Of a stretch of 64,000 nucleotides of DNA, positions 32,501 through 52,310 are shown piece after piece (position 1 is the stretch's first letter; each line of letters begins with the position of its first letter). Source of the stretch: Bugula neritina (Eukaryota; Animalia; Bryozoa); assembly GCA_964035545.1 (NCBI GenBank), contig OZ037765.1, positions 26,039,504 to 26,103,503 of the forward strand. Reading direction: 5' to 3'. Below the pieces are notes generated by a model. It was not told the DNA's origin. It saw nothing but the letters and a program-made list of their open reading frames with translations, and ran no database searches. The position numbers and the translations under genes were made by a program.

Positions 32501-35500
32501 GAACTCACCAATGCTTTAGATAGTATATAATGACTTGAACATAAAAGAAAAGTAACCTACTTTTTATTATTGCAAACAGTTAGGTCAAACACTTATTGTT
32601 TCTCAAAGTGCAACTTAAAAAAAGAAAGTTCAAAAAGTTCACCGTTGAATCAAAAATAAATTTACCTGTTTTTGCAAGTCAATTTACAAAACTGTGATGA
32701 AACCTTTTGTTATATGTTTTGATTAGCTCTGTTTGTTTAGTAGTCATTTGGAAACTGTTGTTATAACTTTTCTAGTGATGTCATTTCTAATCTTGATGAG
32801 AAAGTTCTGCATGCTCTCCTCGATGAAATGGTTTTCAAACTTGTCTCAGGGGTTGACAAATATGTCGCCAGGTGAGTAGTAAGAATGTTGCTTCTTCTTA
32901 AATGAGCTACTATTAACTGTATTCTACTACATTGCTAGTTCTGAAATTAATTATTATAATTCTCAAAAAACTATTTATTTTTATTTATTTATTTTTCTTT
33001 TGACTTTATTAAATCGAGGATTTGTTTTTTTTAGTTCTGCCATATCAACATTGATATTAACCTGTCAAGTGCGACCTTACTTCATACAAATAATATGCTC
33101 TAGATATAGAGGTCTTAGACCATTGATGAGTCGTTGGTCAGGACAGGTTGGTGAAACTTACAACATTATATATCTTATTGGTTAAACTCACTCTCTAATA
33201 AGCAGACTACTCTTATTATAATGAATAACCATGTAATACCAGTTTATCTTTGTTTGGTGCGTGTCAAATGCTATGCATACTTATTCTCAAGAAGTTGTCT
33301 ATATATGGTGTATATCTGAAATTGAAAACCATTTCAGGGGTTTGGCAGGGATCTGAAAGAGTTTGTTGGGTTGCTGGATGCTGGAAATGCTCGACGAGTG
33401 GAGACAGAAAGATTTCACAGAGCAGCTACTCTTATCCAAGCAGTCTTTAAAAGTTGGAGAACAAGAAAAACTTTACAAAGAGCCAATGATGGCATAACCA
33501 AGTTACAGCGATCATTTAGGTATAACTTATGCAGAAATTTATTTGTTGAATTATATTATAGAGATTTATTAGAAGTATTATGAATTTAAAATAGGTTTTG
33601 AATGGTTATTAGAGTCAATATATTAAAAATACGTTAACTAATATTTTGGTACCAGCTGTTAGCGTAAGGCCACACGACGCGTTTTACACACGCGTGACGT
33701 GCAAGAAAGCCCGTTTAGCCCAAAAATGGGACGTCGTGTGCGAGATTTTCATGCGTCTAACATGCTGAGCAAGAAGTGTGGGAAGCTCATGCGTGTTTGT
33801 TTTAATTGGCTTATTATCATTTATCGAGCACACTTTTTTATTTTAATTCAAATGTTAGCTTTTAGCGAACTGAATTTAAACAGTTTTATATAGTTTACTT
33901 TTCCGCTTTTATAATATCTAAAGTCACTTTGCCAATGACATAGTTTCAAAAACAAACGTCTGTAGGCGAGCAGTAAAGTTTAACGCTAACATCATTAGCT
34001 AATAAATTTCCTCACTCCTAACATACGCATTGTGTGTGGTATGTCTAAACGGGTTTTCTCGCACATCACTCGCGTGTCAAACGCTTCGTGTGACTCTACG
34101 CTTACTGTTTTGAATTGTGCTAAGAACATGTTAAATTGTGTTTAACAATTTATTGACCCCATTTGATGTACTTTTTCTTTGCAAAATGCCAATATATATA
34201 TATTTAAATCCAATACATAATAACCTTCGAAGTTTTAATTGGTTCAATAACTTTTTACTTTTAGAATTAAACGAACAGTTCAGAAGAAAGTTCAAGATGA
34301 GCAAAGAATGCAGATAGAACTTCAACATCAACTGGTAGTTGCTAGAAAAAAAGCAATGAGGGCAACTAGAGAGAAAACCATGCAGATTCTTGGCATGCTG
34401 CCAGCGTCAGCTGTTCCTAAACACATGGAGAATATTAGACAGAGCTCTGCTCTTACCATACAGTCGGCATGGAGGGGGTTTTTGGTCCGCAAAGAGTTTG
34501 AAGAATGTAAATCTGAGAAAGTGAAAAATCGGTCAGCGATAATTCTACAAAGAGCTGTATGTAATGTTGTCTATTACATATTCTCAGTAAAAAGTCAATT
34601 TAAATAGAGGGCAAAAATATATCGTATTTCTTAATATTTTGAGTGTTTTATGGCCCACATGTTCAACGTAGCCATTGATGACATGATTTTATTAAAGAGA
34701 ATAAATAATTTAGTACTCAGAAAAATAGGCACAATTATACTCAAATTTGGATTTCCAATTATTATCAATAATAATTTTAAAAAAATTATGACTATATTAG
34801 GCTCTATCTATGTAGCTTGAGCTTCAATAATTTACAAACAGTTTACGATTATTGTGAAATGTATGCTCTTGTTATATATTAGTAGTTTTGTAGGTTTAAA
34901 AATGTACATCATATAATAGTTTAGATGATTTGTTTAGGCATAAGCTTAATATTTAGCACACAGTACATCATTGTTAATTGTTTGATGGTTCTTGATTTAA
35001 ATATTTGTCAACTAAAACATGTAGCCCTTAGTGCTCGCATTTTTTTTTCAAAACCCAAAATTTGTGAGTTTAAATTAATAAATTCTACATATTTCATCAG
35101 GTTCGAAAATTTTTGGCTCGACGAGCTAAAGTTCGAAACGACCCACCAATATGGCAAAAAGTTGAGGGTTTAACTGATGAGCGTCGTGTGTACTTGCAAA
35201 AAGTTATCCTGAATAGGAGAGAAGCTAACCCAGTAAGTTGTTTACTATTACATTACCCTTTATACATTTCCTTTAACAAATTTCCACTGAGTGCCAAGAG
35301 TTACTGCAATCACTGGAGCAATGATTTATAGCCGAAGGAGAGAAGCAGAGAGGGGCAGGAAGAGCTACACAGTCGCTGTCAGGATATGTTGAAAAGACAT
35401 GTGCTCACCAATAGAGTGGATAGGAGCAGACAACTTCACCGAGAGGCTCTCTTAGCTCAATTAGAAACTGACTCCAGCTTGTTGCTCAGTAAGTAGTTTT

Positions 35501-36895
35501 CAATCATTTACAATTTGGGAAATTTTTTATTAAAAACTGATTTCGGCTGCATTGACGTTTTTAAAAATCATTTCCTTGTTATATGCATTTTAACTTGATG
35601 TTAATTTCATTTAATTATACTAATTTTTACATAAGAAGTCCTGCTCAGTGGAACACAGTTTAAACTATTATTCATTTCAGAATATTTTATCAGGTAATTT
35701 ATAATAATGACAAATTTGTTAGCTATCTGCATAAGTTATATGAACACTAAAGAATTAATATACACAACTTAGTTCTTAGCTACTTGCAGAGAGCTGTTAG
35801 CACAGTATGAATCTAGTTGTTAGTCAGACTTTTAGCTAATTTCAATGTAATATACAGGGATCAAAAATCTTTTTATTGTGAAAATCAATAATATCATCAT
35901 ATAGCAACTTTGATAAACTGCACACTTGCAAGTTATTCCTTACAGCGGTGTAGTTTTTTTTAAGCATTACCTAGCAGGTATGAATTTTTACTTTGGTTAT
36001 TTCCCTTCGCTATTTTCTGTCTGCTGCAATAAATTATTGAATTTTCATTTAGTCAATTCTAGTGCTATTGTTTTGCATGTTAGCATTGAACTATTTTTGG
36101 CTCAGCTGCATGCGTAGGAGTAGATATTTTTTGCATCTCTTTTATTACGATCAGAACAATACCTGGATGGTGTTCGTAGCTCTAGAAATTTGCACAAAGG
36201 AGATGTTCTAATAAATACTATTATTATATTCTGGGAGGACAGTCGGAGAGTTAAATATATCAAATAATTATGCCATATAATAACTATTTATAGTCTAATG
36301 CTTTACATATCATATTTTATTTTGAAAACAAGTGCATGTTCTGTATCTGAATGCATCAATGACTTAGTTTTGCAATACTCTAAAGTCTGGTGACATTTTC
36401 ACTGCAGTCTTAGCTGTGCATTTATCTAGTCAATTGTATTAAGATAGACATCGAGGGATTTCTATTTTCAACATCATGCTGTGTTCCTGTGTCAGCATCA
36501 ACTAGTGCTGCTGCACTTTTTATTATTTAGTAAGATTTGGCTACTAAAGTCGTACAAACTTATCAAAATACAGTCAATACCAAACGCTATGATACATCGA
36601 AGATCATTTTAGGCTAATAATCAAGTTGGAGGTGAGATTTACTGTGGCCCATATTTTTCCTGTAGGCTTTCAAACAGATTTACATTTAAGAACTTGGTTT
36701 TTCTATTTAGATGCTCCAAAGCTGAGTGAACTGAAACTGGAGCAAGTTGACAGTTTCGTATGTAGATCTGTGCCAGTAGCGACTAAAGCTAGGGAAAACC
36801 ATAACAATGAGTTAAGACTGCTGAAGCAGCCTTGGTGGAGGAAGCTCAGTGATGAGTACCAGGACTCTGTGTATGAAGACACTCAGATTTTATAA
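29530..36895 (+). CDS. IQCB1: IQ calmodulin-binding motif-containing protein 1 (nephrocystin-5)
   Basis: MENSEDLEQNLLRLAAEIAEANDIQVPIRLLEVR, LVLVLRQNFELINGQWKTAAEL, ALLDEMVFKL, IQ motifs (AATLIQAVFKSWRTRK, SALTIQSAWRGFLVRK, SAIILQRAVRKFLARR), GLTDERRV, C-terminal LKQPWWRKL; about 12 GT-AG exons. Confidence 0.92.
33662..34101. mobile_element. Non-autonomous DNA transposon (MITE), PIF/Harbinger-like
   Basis: About 57-bp imperfect TIRs (GCGTAAGGCCACACGACGCGTTTT...CCCGTTTAG / CTAAACGGG...ACGCTTCGTGTGACTCTACGC) flanked by TTA on both sides; in an IQCB1 intron. Confidence 0.8.
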
Positions 36896-38022
36896 ACATC
36901 TCTTGGCACGTTATGTCATAAGTCTTTTAGCGAAATTCCATGATTATAATTAGATTTTTTATCTTCAATACTTTCAGGAGCGTTGAACTGGTGGTGACAT
37001 GTAAATTATATGCATTAGCTTCATCGCTTTCTTTGGAGGAAAAAATCAATTGATTTTGTAAGCATTTTATATTTAGCTTAACTTTAATAACAAGTAGAAC
37101 TCTTCAAGTGGCTAGTTATTTACACATAATTACTGTGTAATACAGGATAGGGGTTATTAACATTAACAATTAATTATTCAATTACCCATTCTCAAGGATA
37201 GAGTATAGAGTAGTGTTTGATTGGCTCCTGTGTTTACTATTTTGTTATTGACAATAATTGGTGTAAGAAGTATGAAGCATTGTTAATTTTTTATGCGGGT
37301 TTTGCTTGCATGCTTATATTCTTGGTGCTATTAAAATAATAATTAGTTCAAGTCATTCATGCACTCAAATGGAATCATTTGTTGCAAGTTGTTTCAGTTT
37401 GAATTATTCATCATTTTATTACAGTTTTCTATAAAATGTTTTCTACAAATAGAACAAAATATCAACACATTTAGGCTAATATTAGCACAAGTAAGTTGTG
37501 ACAAGTGTTGCATTATTCTTAGCGCTCTATGTGTAAAATCGTTCTATGTTTGGCCGAGAGAGTTTTTAGTGCAGAAATTGGATTGAATGCAACTTCTATA
37601 AATTCTTAACAGGCTACTTTTGTAAATTTCAAATGAGCTACTTTTTTGCTTTATGGTATGTTGCTAACACCCTCCGGTTTAAGTTTAAAAAAGTTTTTCT
37701 TTTCACTCAAGTCAAATGTTTAAAAACTTTTGTTTCGAAAAAGCTATTATGTAAGAGTATAGATACGTGTGTGAATTGGTCATTGAAACTCACAAGAATA
37801 TTATGTTTAGCTTTGGTGTGTTTATTAATATGAACTACAATGAACAAAATGTAGAGATGCTGATTTTTGCATTACAAATGTTAGTGTTTTTTCACAAAAT
37901 ATAAAGTAATAATATAATGTACCAGGCTGCTATATTACCTAGATTTAGTCATCATTAACAAGGGTGCTGAAAAATAACTTATTGTCAGCAAACTTTCAAA
38001 AACCAACTTTAAATGTGAAAAT

Positions 38023-38960
38023 TTAATGAATGTTTATAGTGATTTGAGGTGCACTGATTTCGCTGATTTCATTATTAGCATCAGTCATAGCATATGGTGC
38101 TAGAGGTTCAATCTCTGATCCTGTGTCTTCATCTTGGAAATACTTTGTGGTGAACTCCTTCTTTGCTGACAAGTTTTCGTTTTGGCATATTTGGCTACTG
38201 TTAGTGGAAACAATGTTGTTGTTGGTCAAATTAGTCGGTTCTTCTCTATCTCCTTCTTCTAGTATGTTAAATGTAGCTTGAACAGGTTGACATTCTATAG
38301 CACTTTTGTCTGAGGTTTTCAACTTCCGTGAAGAAGTTTTTACATGTGGATTGGTTTTTTCATATAAATTAGACTCCATTAATAGCAGTTCTTGTATGTT
38401 GCTATGTGATGGCATTGTAATACTAACAGGTCTTTTGGTATTCTGCATTCCTTTCTCACATTGTTTAGTGCAAAAGGAAATGAGTCGGCATGTATATCGG
38501 CAAATGCAAAAGATGGTAAATAACCCTACCAAACCAATTCCAGTCACAGGGAGTACAATGACCCAAACATTGACAGAATCACTAGCAACTGCATCTGCAA
38601 AATACGAAAAAATATTTGAAATGATTTAATAACCAATTCTATGTAAGTAATTCTTCATTTTTCTTTACAGGGTAAAACTACTAATCAACTTTCCATTTTG
38701 CATATCAAGTCAAACTTGGCTGCTTTCAAATTCACCACCAGCAGAGTAGGGCTACAAAAGCACCTGTATCTCAAGCAACTCAATAATACACTTTATTAAA
38801 TTTGTGGAAGAGTTTCCATAAAACATTTTACACCCTTCAATATATCATTAAATATAATTGTTTTAGCAACAAGGATGTAATCATACTTACACTTTGGTAA
38901 GAAAAGTATAGCTATCATAAAGTGAAGATTAGCCCGCACTGAAACTTTTTGCCCAAACAT
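38023..38960 (-). CDS. Uncharacterised small type-I membrane protein, about 213 aa, two coding exons (38960-38891, 38594-38023)
   Basis: Phase-1 GT-AG join gives signal-like MFGQKVSVRANLHFMIAILFLPKYAVA, then SDSVN, TM VWVIVLPVTGIGLVGLFTIFCIC, Cys-rich juxtamembrane region and polar tail. Confidence 0.65.
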
Positions 38961-39628
38961 ATTAGATCAAAGAATACAGCTCGTCAAATGCTGCTAATTG
39001 CATTAAGCTACTCCATGTACTCACTGCAACAGCAAATGGTAAAGTGAATTATTGCATATTATGCTGCTTGCATCAGTGATTGCAATTGTGATTGTCAAAG
39101 GATATAGAATATCATAAACGTAATCAATTTTCCAACACTATTTAATATCTATATTCTACAGAGGTGTTGTATGTAGTTATTCTTGTATTGATTATTAAAG
39201 GGTGTCTTTACACAGTGTCACAATATAATATAAAAGTAGACAATAAAAACATATTCAATATCATCTACAAATAAGACAGGCTGAGAGTGGTTTGTTGATG
39301 ACAACAAGGTTAATACACACTAATCATACATAAACCATCTCATAATGGTTATGGTATTAAAGCTGTAGATTAAATAAACAAAGTACAAATATGATTTCGA
39401 ACTATAAAATTAAAGACCACTATTGAAAAAGTAGACTGTCTTTGCTATAGTTAAAAAGTAGCACTTCAGGTGACCTAAGAAAAACTAGTATAAATAATTT
39501 AGGTAATATAGGCGAAAGTTTTGAAAGCAGATAAGTTTACTTTTAGATATAAATAAAGAATAACACTAAAGCCTCAAGAATATGTAATTACAAATTATTG
39601 AAAAACTTATAAAATTACAAAAAGGAAC

Positions 39629-40721
39629 TTAGACTCTCCTTCTCAGCTGTAGATATTCAGGGATAACGGTGACTCATTTAGCATAGATGGCACACAGGTT
39701 GGTGTCTAGAACTATTCCTACAACATACAGCAACATGCTATAACAAGTAGGCTATATTATTGCAGCAATTAACCGTTTTGTTTATAACATGCAAGAAACC
39801 ATTACAAGCTATTATTATGGATAAACCTTTAAATTTTTTCTGCAGATTGTTTGAGAAGAAAGACAAATCTTATGATCATAGGTATTAACACCTTGCGCCA
39901 TTTTAAGCATTTAGAAATTTTGAATGCCATACAGTGTAAACACAAAAATGAAACAACTCCAATATTATTGATAAAATTCCATTCTATTAGAGCTATATGT
40001 CACAAAATCTTACATAATTGACTTGAATTATGCATCATACTTACAGTAATTCAAGAATATGCAAATACAGGTATTTTAGAAACGAGTAAATAAATAAAAT
40101 TATATTTTTTTACATTTAGATGCTGCTTCAGCATTTTAATACTTGCAAGAGCTCCAATTGCTGCTATGTAAAACCAAAGATCAGTTTTGAAATATTGAGT
40201 TATTTCTTGCTCCAATGTTGAAAGGATAACTCCTGATGACAACTTTGTAGACTATAGATATCTCCTAATATTTGAAAGAGCTAAGTGTTAAGGTAACAAT
40301 CTAACAATGTCTATACAAGGTAATTAAATAATCTTAAACAACAGATAAAAATGCTGCCACACTTTCAATTTGTTAATTATTAAGAGCAGTGCATATACAA
40401 AATACTATTATTCATTATAGAGTTGTCATACCTATGGCCATGTCTATAAATCAGTATTGGTGTCTATTTAAAACTGGTGTTGGGTACAGTTTTACTTCAT
40501 CTCCATTCTGAGAAATAAAGAAAAATATAAATCTGCTGAAAAACAATTTGTTCAAACATCATCTATGCAATCTACAGACACCAGGTATACTGTACAGTTG
40601 GTCTTCAGCAGTGGTTTTGTAACCACACCTGTTGATGATGCATTTCTTCTATAGCTGCTTTTGTGACTAGTTGTTTGGTTGGAGCTTTTCCGCCAATTGA
40701 TTTGCAGGCTGTTTGAGTCAT
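39629..40721 (-). pseudogene. H3F3: Unprocessed histone H3.3 pseudogene (three exon remnants)
   Basis: 40721-40608: QTACKSIGGKAPTKQLVTKAA/RNASSTGVVTKP; about 40300-40143: IRRYL*ST../EITQYFKTDLWFYIAAIGAL; 39706-39629: DTNLCAIYAK*VTVIPEYLQL. Collinear with H3, with stops and frameshifts; AAIG and S31 are H3.3 diagnostics. Confidence 0.88.
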
Positions 40722-41539
40722 AATTAATTAAGATTACTAAAAATACAATATAAATTAAATTGCATATTAGAAATAACAATAAGAACAGCAATACATATAG
40801 CTACCCTGGAAATTAATAATGTTTGAATCTAGCCATTAGATTACTTTATGAATTTGTGACATTCCAGCACAATTATAATCAATGATGGAACACATTTTCC
40901 TAAAACTAAGCGTATGAGGCTAACAAAGACAGAGCCATTGCCAATTCTTTCCAATAAAGTTTCACCAATTTCCTATGTGCCAATCTTGGTTTGACTGCAG
41001 CTGGTGGAGACATGGAAAAAGGTTGAAGATCGAACTTAGCAAGTCTGAACCAGCCTATCAGCTCAAATCCAGTTTGATTGTGGGTAAAGCAATCCTGGAA
41101 AAATGCCAGAGCAACTCGCATATTAACGAAGTAGAAAAGTTGGCTGCCTGAAAAAACCTTACACCATCCTGCTAGCTAAGAAAACAGTACTTTACTCCTC
41201 TCTTAGAATTAGTTTTAAAGTTAAAATATGCTAACATTAAAATGGTCACCAGGCCCCCTAATGACTGATGATTAATAATAATAACATATACCATAATAGC
41301 AATATCGCACTTGTCTGTCAACAGTAAAAATATAACTTGAAAGATAAAACACTAAATTAAGTTGTAGCTTGTACCTAAAAAAAGCTATTCCACATTTCAC
41401 TATTAATTTATATTTTATACTTGGAGTTGTTTTACTATTTCAATTTCGTTAGGTCCCAAGCGTCATAGCCCATAGCAAAACAATCACGAAAAGGGGTTTA
41501 GTATCTTTCCAAGGAAGTTAACTCCATGTTTATTACAAC

Positions 41540-41725
41540 CGTTTCGCTTATACCTTCATGCAATTACTCCCTGGAACTCGGTCTTCGCCGACAAACTGCT
41601 TTAGAAAATCTCTGCAAGCAGGCTGGTATAGCACCCAAGTGACGATAATCGTCAATTTGAATTCTTAGAACTTGGCCTGAGCGGAAGCTATCTATTAACC
41701 TTGCAGTGGTTTTATTAGTAAGTCA
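41540..41725. promoter_or_regulatory. Bidirectional promoter upstream of CUL2 and the minus-strand H3.3-pseudogene/TM-gene unit
   Basis: CpG-richer; palindrome TGACGAT-A-ATCGTCA (41640-41654), ETS-like GCGGAAG (41681); outward-facing donors AAG|GTATAA (-, about 41553) and TTA|GTAAGT (+, about 41718). Confidence 0.55.
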
Positions 41726-41959
41726 AACCGTTACAACTAGTAGTGAACTAGTAGAACTGCTACTAGCTCTGCCAATTTCAATTTGCAATGCAACTTGGCG
41801 TATAACACTAACTCTAGTGAAGCTTTGTTAATGTTAATTAAATCTTAGAATTAGTCTTATTCTATCCTTATACTTCTAGCCAATCACAATCACAATGGAT
41901 TAGAATAAATAAAAATAATTATAATTATTAATAATATTTTGAATTTGATATTCCATTCA

Positions 41960-42860
41960 CTTGACTCAGTTAGACTTAGTGAGTTACTGTTAGTGTTACT
42001 ACTTACTCTTACTGGTAGTGTTACATTGTGATACTGATAGTGATTATCATTTATTTTTAATTTTATACTAAATTTAATATTCCGTTTGGCATTTCAATAC
42101 TGATATTGATAGTGATACTGTTACTCTTACTCTTAGTTTTTCAGACTTCAGTTAAATGTTAATCATACTCATGTCTCATAGTCATAGTCACAGTGACAGT
42201 CATAGTCATAGTGATTGTGTAAGTGTTACAGTTACACTTGCGGTTAGTGTTACTCATCAGTTTTAAATTAAAATAGCATAAGATTAAGACTCTGTCTAAA
42301 GCTTCGCAGTGACCCTCACACTGAATCTGATGTTTAATGTAACTCACTACCTCCAAGTACTGTCAGTAACAGTAACTGTGTTATACATATATGCCTATGA
42401 ATGTTAAGTCTTAAGATCTAAATGAAAATTTGACCATGTGTTTCAGTTTATCTTTATCATTATGACTTTCTCACTAAGATTCACTGTTAGTTCTAGACAA
42501 TTTCAGTTTATATTTTAATCTTTGTTTTATTTATTTAAACTTCAAATTAAAATAAAAATAAAAATTGACAAGCTTAAAGTTAAACTTAAATTAAAGTCAA
42601 GGTAGAAATTAAAAACTAAGGAGTGTAATCATGGTGACTCACTATGACTGTGAGACTGCGTAAAACTAAGTGTAAATGAGCAACTGCAAGGGACACTGAT
42701 AAGTTGAAGTTAGCATAGCCATAAATCATAATCAATATGAATATCTTAATGATAGTTAAAATAAAAACAAGTCATGAATATGATCATAGCAAACAAGCAT
42801 GAACATCAACATAGTGATAGTCATTATGGTTACCAACAGTATTATCAGTTATCACTTATC
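41960..42860. repeat. 6-bp periodic (AST-NNN)n tracts in CUL2 5' intron
   Basis: AGTGTT ACT ACTT ACTCTT ACTGGT AGTGTT; AGTCAT AGTCAC AGTGAC AGTCAT AGTCAT AGTGAT; main block 41960-42380, weaker block 42620-42860. Confidence 0.85.
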
Positions 42861-42873
42861 AGGCTAATAATGT

Positions 42874-43062
42874 GTTGGGGTTAGAGCATCAGCCTTGTAA
42901 ATGTGAGGTCAATAGATTGAGTGCAAGCACCAGTCGGAATATTAGGAAAAGCATTCAGCCATAGTTGCTTTTGTGCCACATCAGAAAAACTCCTTAGCCA
43001 GCTTTAAAAAACCCCTTTTCGTTAGAGGTTCTCACAAGGATAGTGACACTGACTGTAAGCTT
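42874..43062 (+). mobile_element. tRNA-derived SINE, degenerate copy
   Basis: Shares GGGGTTAGAGC, TTAGGAAAAGCAT..., TGTGCCAC, CCTTAGCC-GCTTTA and TTCTCACAAGGATAGTGA with the 18.7-kb copy. Confidence 0.75.
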
Positions 43063-44979
43063 AGGTATGCCTGAGTAATAGGTCAATTTCTGATATTGAA
43101 AGATTTAAATTATGATTATTTATAGGTTTGGATAACTTATTAACTTATAGAGATAATCTTCAAACTGGTAGAATTATAACAAGTTGAAGTTATTATCATA
43201 TGCCCATATAGTGTATACTCCATCACAATGGCAGAATTTAAGTCTAGGGAGACTCACTTTTTGGCTTTCATAGCCTTGTTACAATCGAAGTTTCATCTCT
43301 CTGCAAGTCTTAAATTGTTACAAACATATTTTATACAAAAAATTAAATATTTTCGAAAGTTTTTTTAGCACTTATGCATACCATTAAATGCTATTTATCA
43401 AGTTATGACAATGAATTTTGTTCTTTTGAATTGAAATATTGACTTTTCTGTTTAGACCTTTAAAAAATTGAAAAAATAAAACTGGTTATGTTTTTTGTTT
43501 AAATATTGAAGTTTAATATTTACTTTAGCTGTTATGTATTGATGTATGTTAGCTTTTGTTTTCAAGCTAGCATTTTGATAATCCCAAGTTTGACGGTTGA
43601 ACCAAGCAAGCTTAGTGTCATATTTTCACTAATTTCAATATTTAGAATTATTGTTTGAATGATACTTGACTTTTTTTTAATATTTATCACTTTTGATAAC
43701 CTGTATTAAAACCTAATTTGAATTAAAAGCATTAAAATATTTCTGTAATAATACTCCCGTATGAGTGGTTTGTATGTTATCTGCAATTTAGATTTGTATG
43801 TCATCTGCAATTTCGATTAAATCATTACAATATGAATGTACAATTGGATGTAGCCTCACTTACTCCTCCTAAAATCATGTTTCTGTAGTGAATATGTTGC
43901 TTTGTCCAACTGTGGTAAAATTGAGTTGTATTGCATCAGAACCAAGACCTCTCTGCTTGCATGTTTTGTTAAAATACTATCGTCTTAAAATAATTTTATT
44001 ATTTTGTGATGATGTAATTATAAAACAGTTTGTATTGTCATTAAATATAGTTATAATCTGTTGCTTAAATGAAAGGTAGAAAATAGAAATACTGCAAATG
44101 AAACGTTATCAGTAAAAAATGGATGTTTTTGTAATAAGATAAATGTCTAATTGCATATAATTTGTTTTTTTTGCTGGTTAAATTGTTAATGTGTCTTTGC
44201 TATTAGTGCTATTAGGATATGTTTGATGATGACAATGTTTGCCAACAAAAAGTCAAATTATGGCTGCAACTCAATTCTTTTTATCTCAATAACTTTAAAC
44301 ATACTAATTGCTGTACTATAGTATTTATTCTATGCTAATAGTTGTAGTGACTATTATTTTTCCAGTTTATTGTTTATATTTTACATTCAATCTATTTTGT
44401 AGATGTTTGATGGTCATATTTTGATAATTGCTACTACATCCCATTTTATGGTATTTTCAATCATTGGCAGATGGCCATGAACATGTGGAGCTCTTAACAA
44501 GTTTTATATGTTCTATATTGGCAAGTTTTAATTATTTAGTTTTCTGATCAATTTTTTTATCTTACAACTGTGTATCACCTTTTTTTAAAAATTATTACAC
44601 ATTTTACAGAAACTAAATTGAGTGTGTTAGTGTTTAATTTCTAGAATCAAAATTTGTGATATCTATCATATTTTCAATATAAAAATCTAATGATATATTT
44701 GTTAACTTTTGAAATTTGATAGACACATAAGTATTTAGGTCTGCTCCTCCCCATTTTATATATATAATTCTAGTTATGCTAGTCACTCCAGTATCTAATT
44801 TATTCAATCTCTAATGAAGCTGCAAAATGAAATATTGTAGCCTCATTTTGAAGCTGTTGACCTCATGTATGTTGTCTGTTTAATTTATCAAAAAGTTACA
44901 GATTATGTCAATTATTCTTTTAACAATTGTCTATTCTGTTTACAATTGTTTTTGGTGTTGCAGAGTCCCAAGTGAAATT

Positions 44980-51409
<6,430 letters not shown>

Positions 51410-52139
51410 CATTTAAATGATCAGTTTAGTAAAAAATAAATGTATGCTCTTTTACCTATCATTTTAAACTATTTAGTTTCAACACTATAAATATTGCCAA
51501 TACTTTTACATGACTATACCATGAATTAATTTTAAATAAATGTTCTATGTTATTTAGCATTATGTTAAATTTTCTTATCCCAATTTTATGCGAAACAATA
51601 CTTTTATAGATCTTCACAATAAATCTAGTCGATTTTATGTTTGGACAAATGAAACATTCATTTTAAAATTTAACATTATGTTGATAATACCTTAATAAGT
51701 AAACAGATTTGGTGACCCACCAAATTTCTATACAGCTTCAGTTGGTTATTTCGTTAGGTCATTACTGATAGTTTACCTTTTATTACCAAAATAATGTGAA
51801 TAAGTTGCGCACTATTTTAGAATGTTTAAAGGGCAACTTTTTTGCTATTGAATTTTAATACTGTAAAAAATTATTTCAAATGGTAAACTGCTATACAACC
51901 AGTGAATAATCTTTAATCTAACATGTTCATGCAGCTTAAAAGGATCTAGTTGTTCATCTCAGAGCTTCTGTAATATTATATGCATGTAAAAGTCTTAACT
52001 AGAAAGACCTGATTACATAAGGCCGTAATTTCTTAATAGATTATAGTTGTCCAGTCATGGTGATAGCAACTTTGACTGAAAACATAACCTTCTCTATCAC
52101 TGGAATTAAATTATTTTTTCTCAAAGCATTGAAATATAG

Positions 52140-52310
52140 AAAACAGCCGACCATATCGGAAAAGGCCGAAAAACAGAAATTTGTATAATAATATTACTAG
52201 AGTTATTTTCTCTCTACGTAGCTGCATAAAGTAACAATTTTGCAACAGTCGTTTGGATTCCGGAAGTGCTGACCTAGATAGGCGCTGGAATATCCTTGAG
52301 TAATTGCAAA
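52140..52310 (+). promoter_or_regulatory. LRRFIP promoter / first non-coding exon
   Basis: CpG-richer patch with ETS/GABP motif CCGGAAGTG (52260-52268) and possible donor at 52300. Confidence 0.5.

Noticed and set aside
40906-41147. 71-aa minus-strand ORF after a good acceptor
   Set aside because: No recognisable homology; more likely a non-coding or UTR exon.
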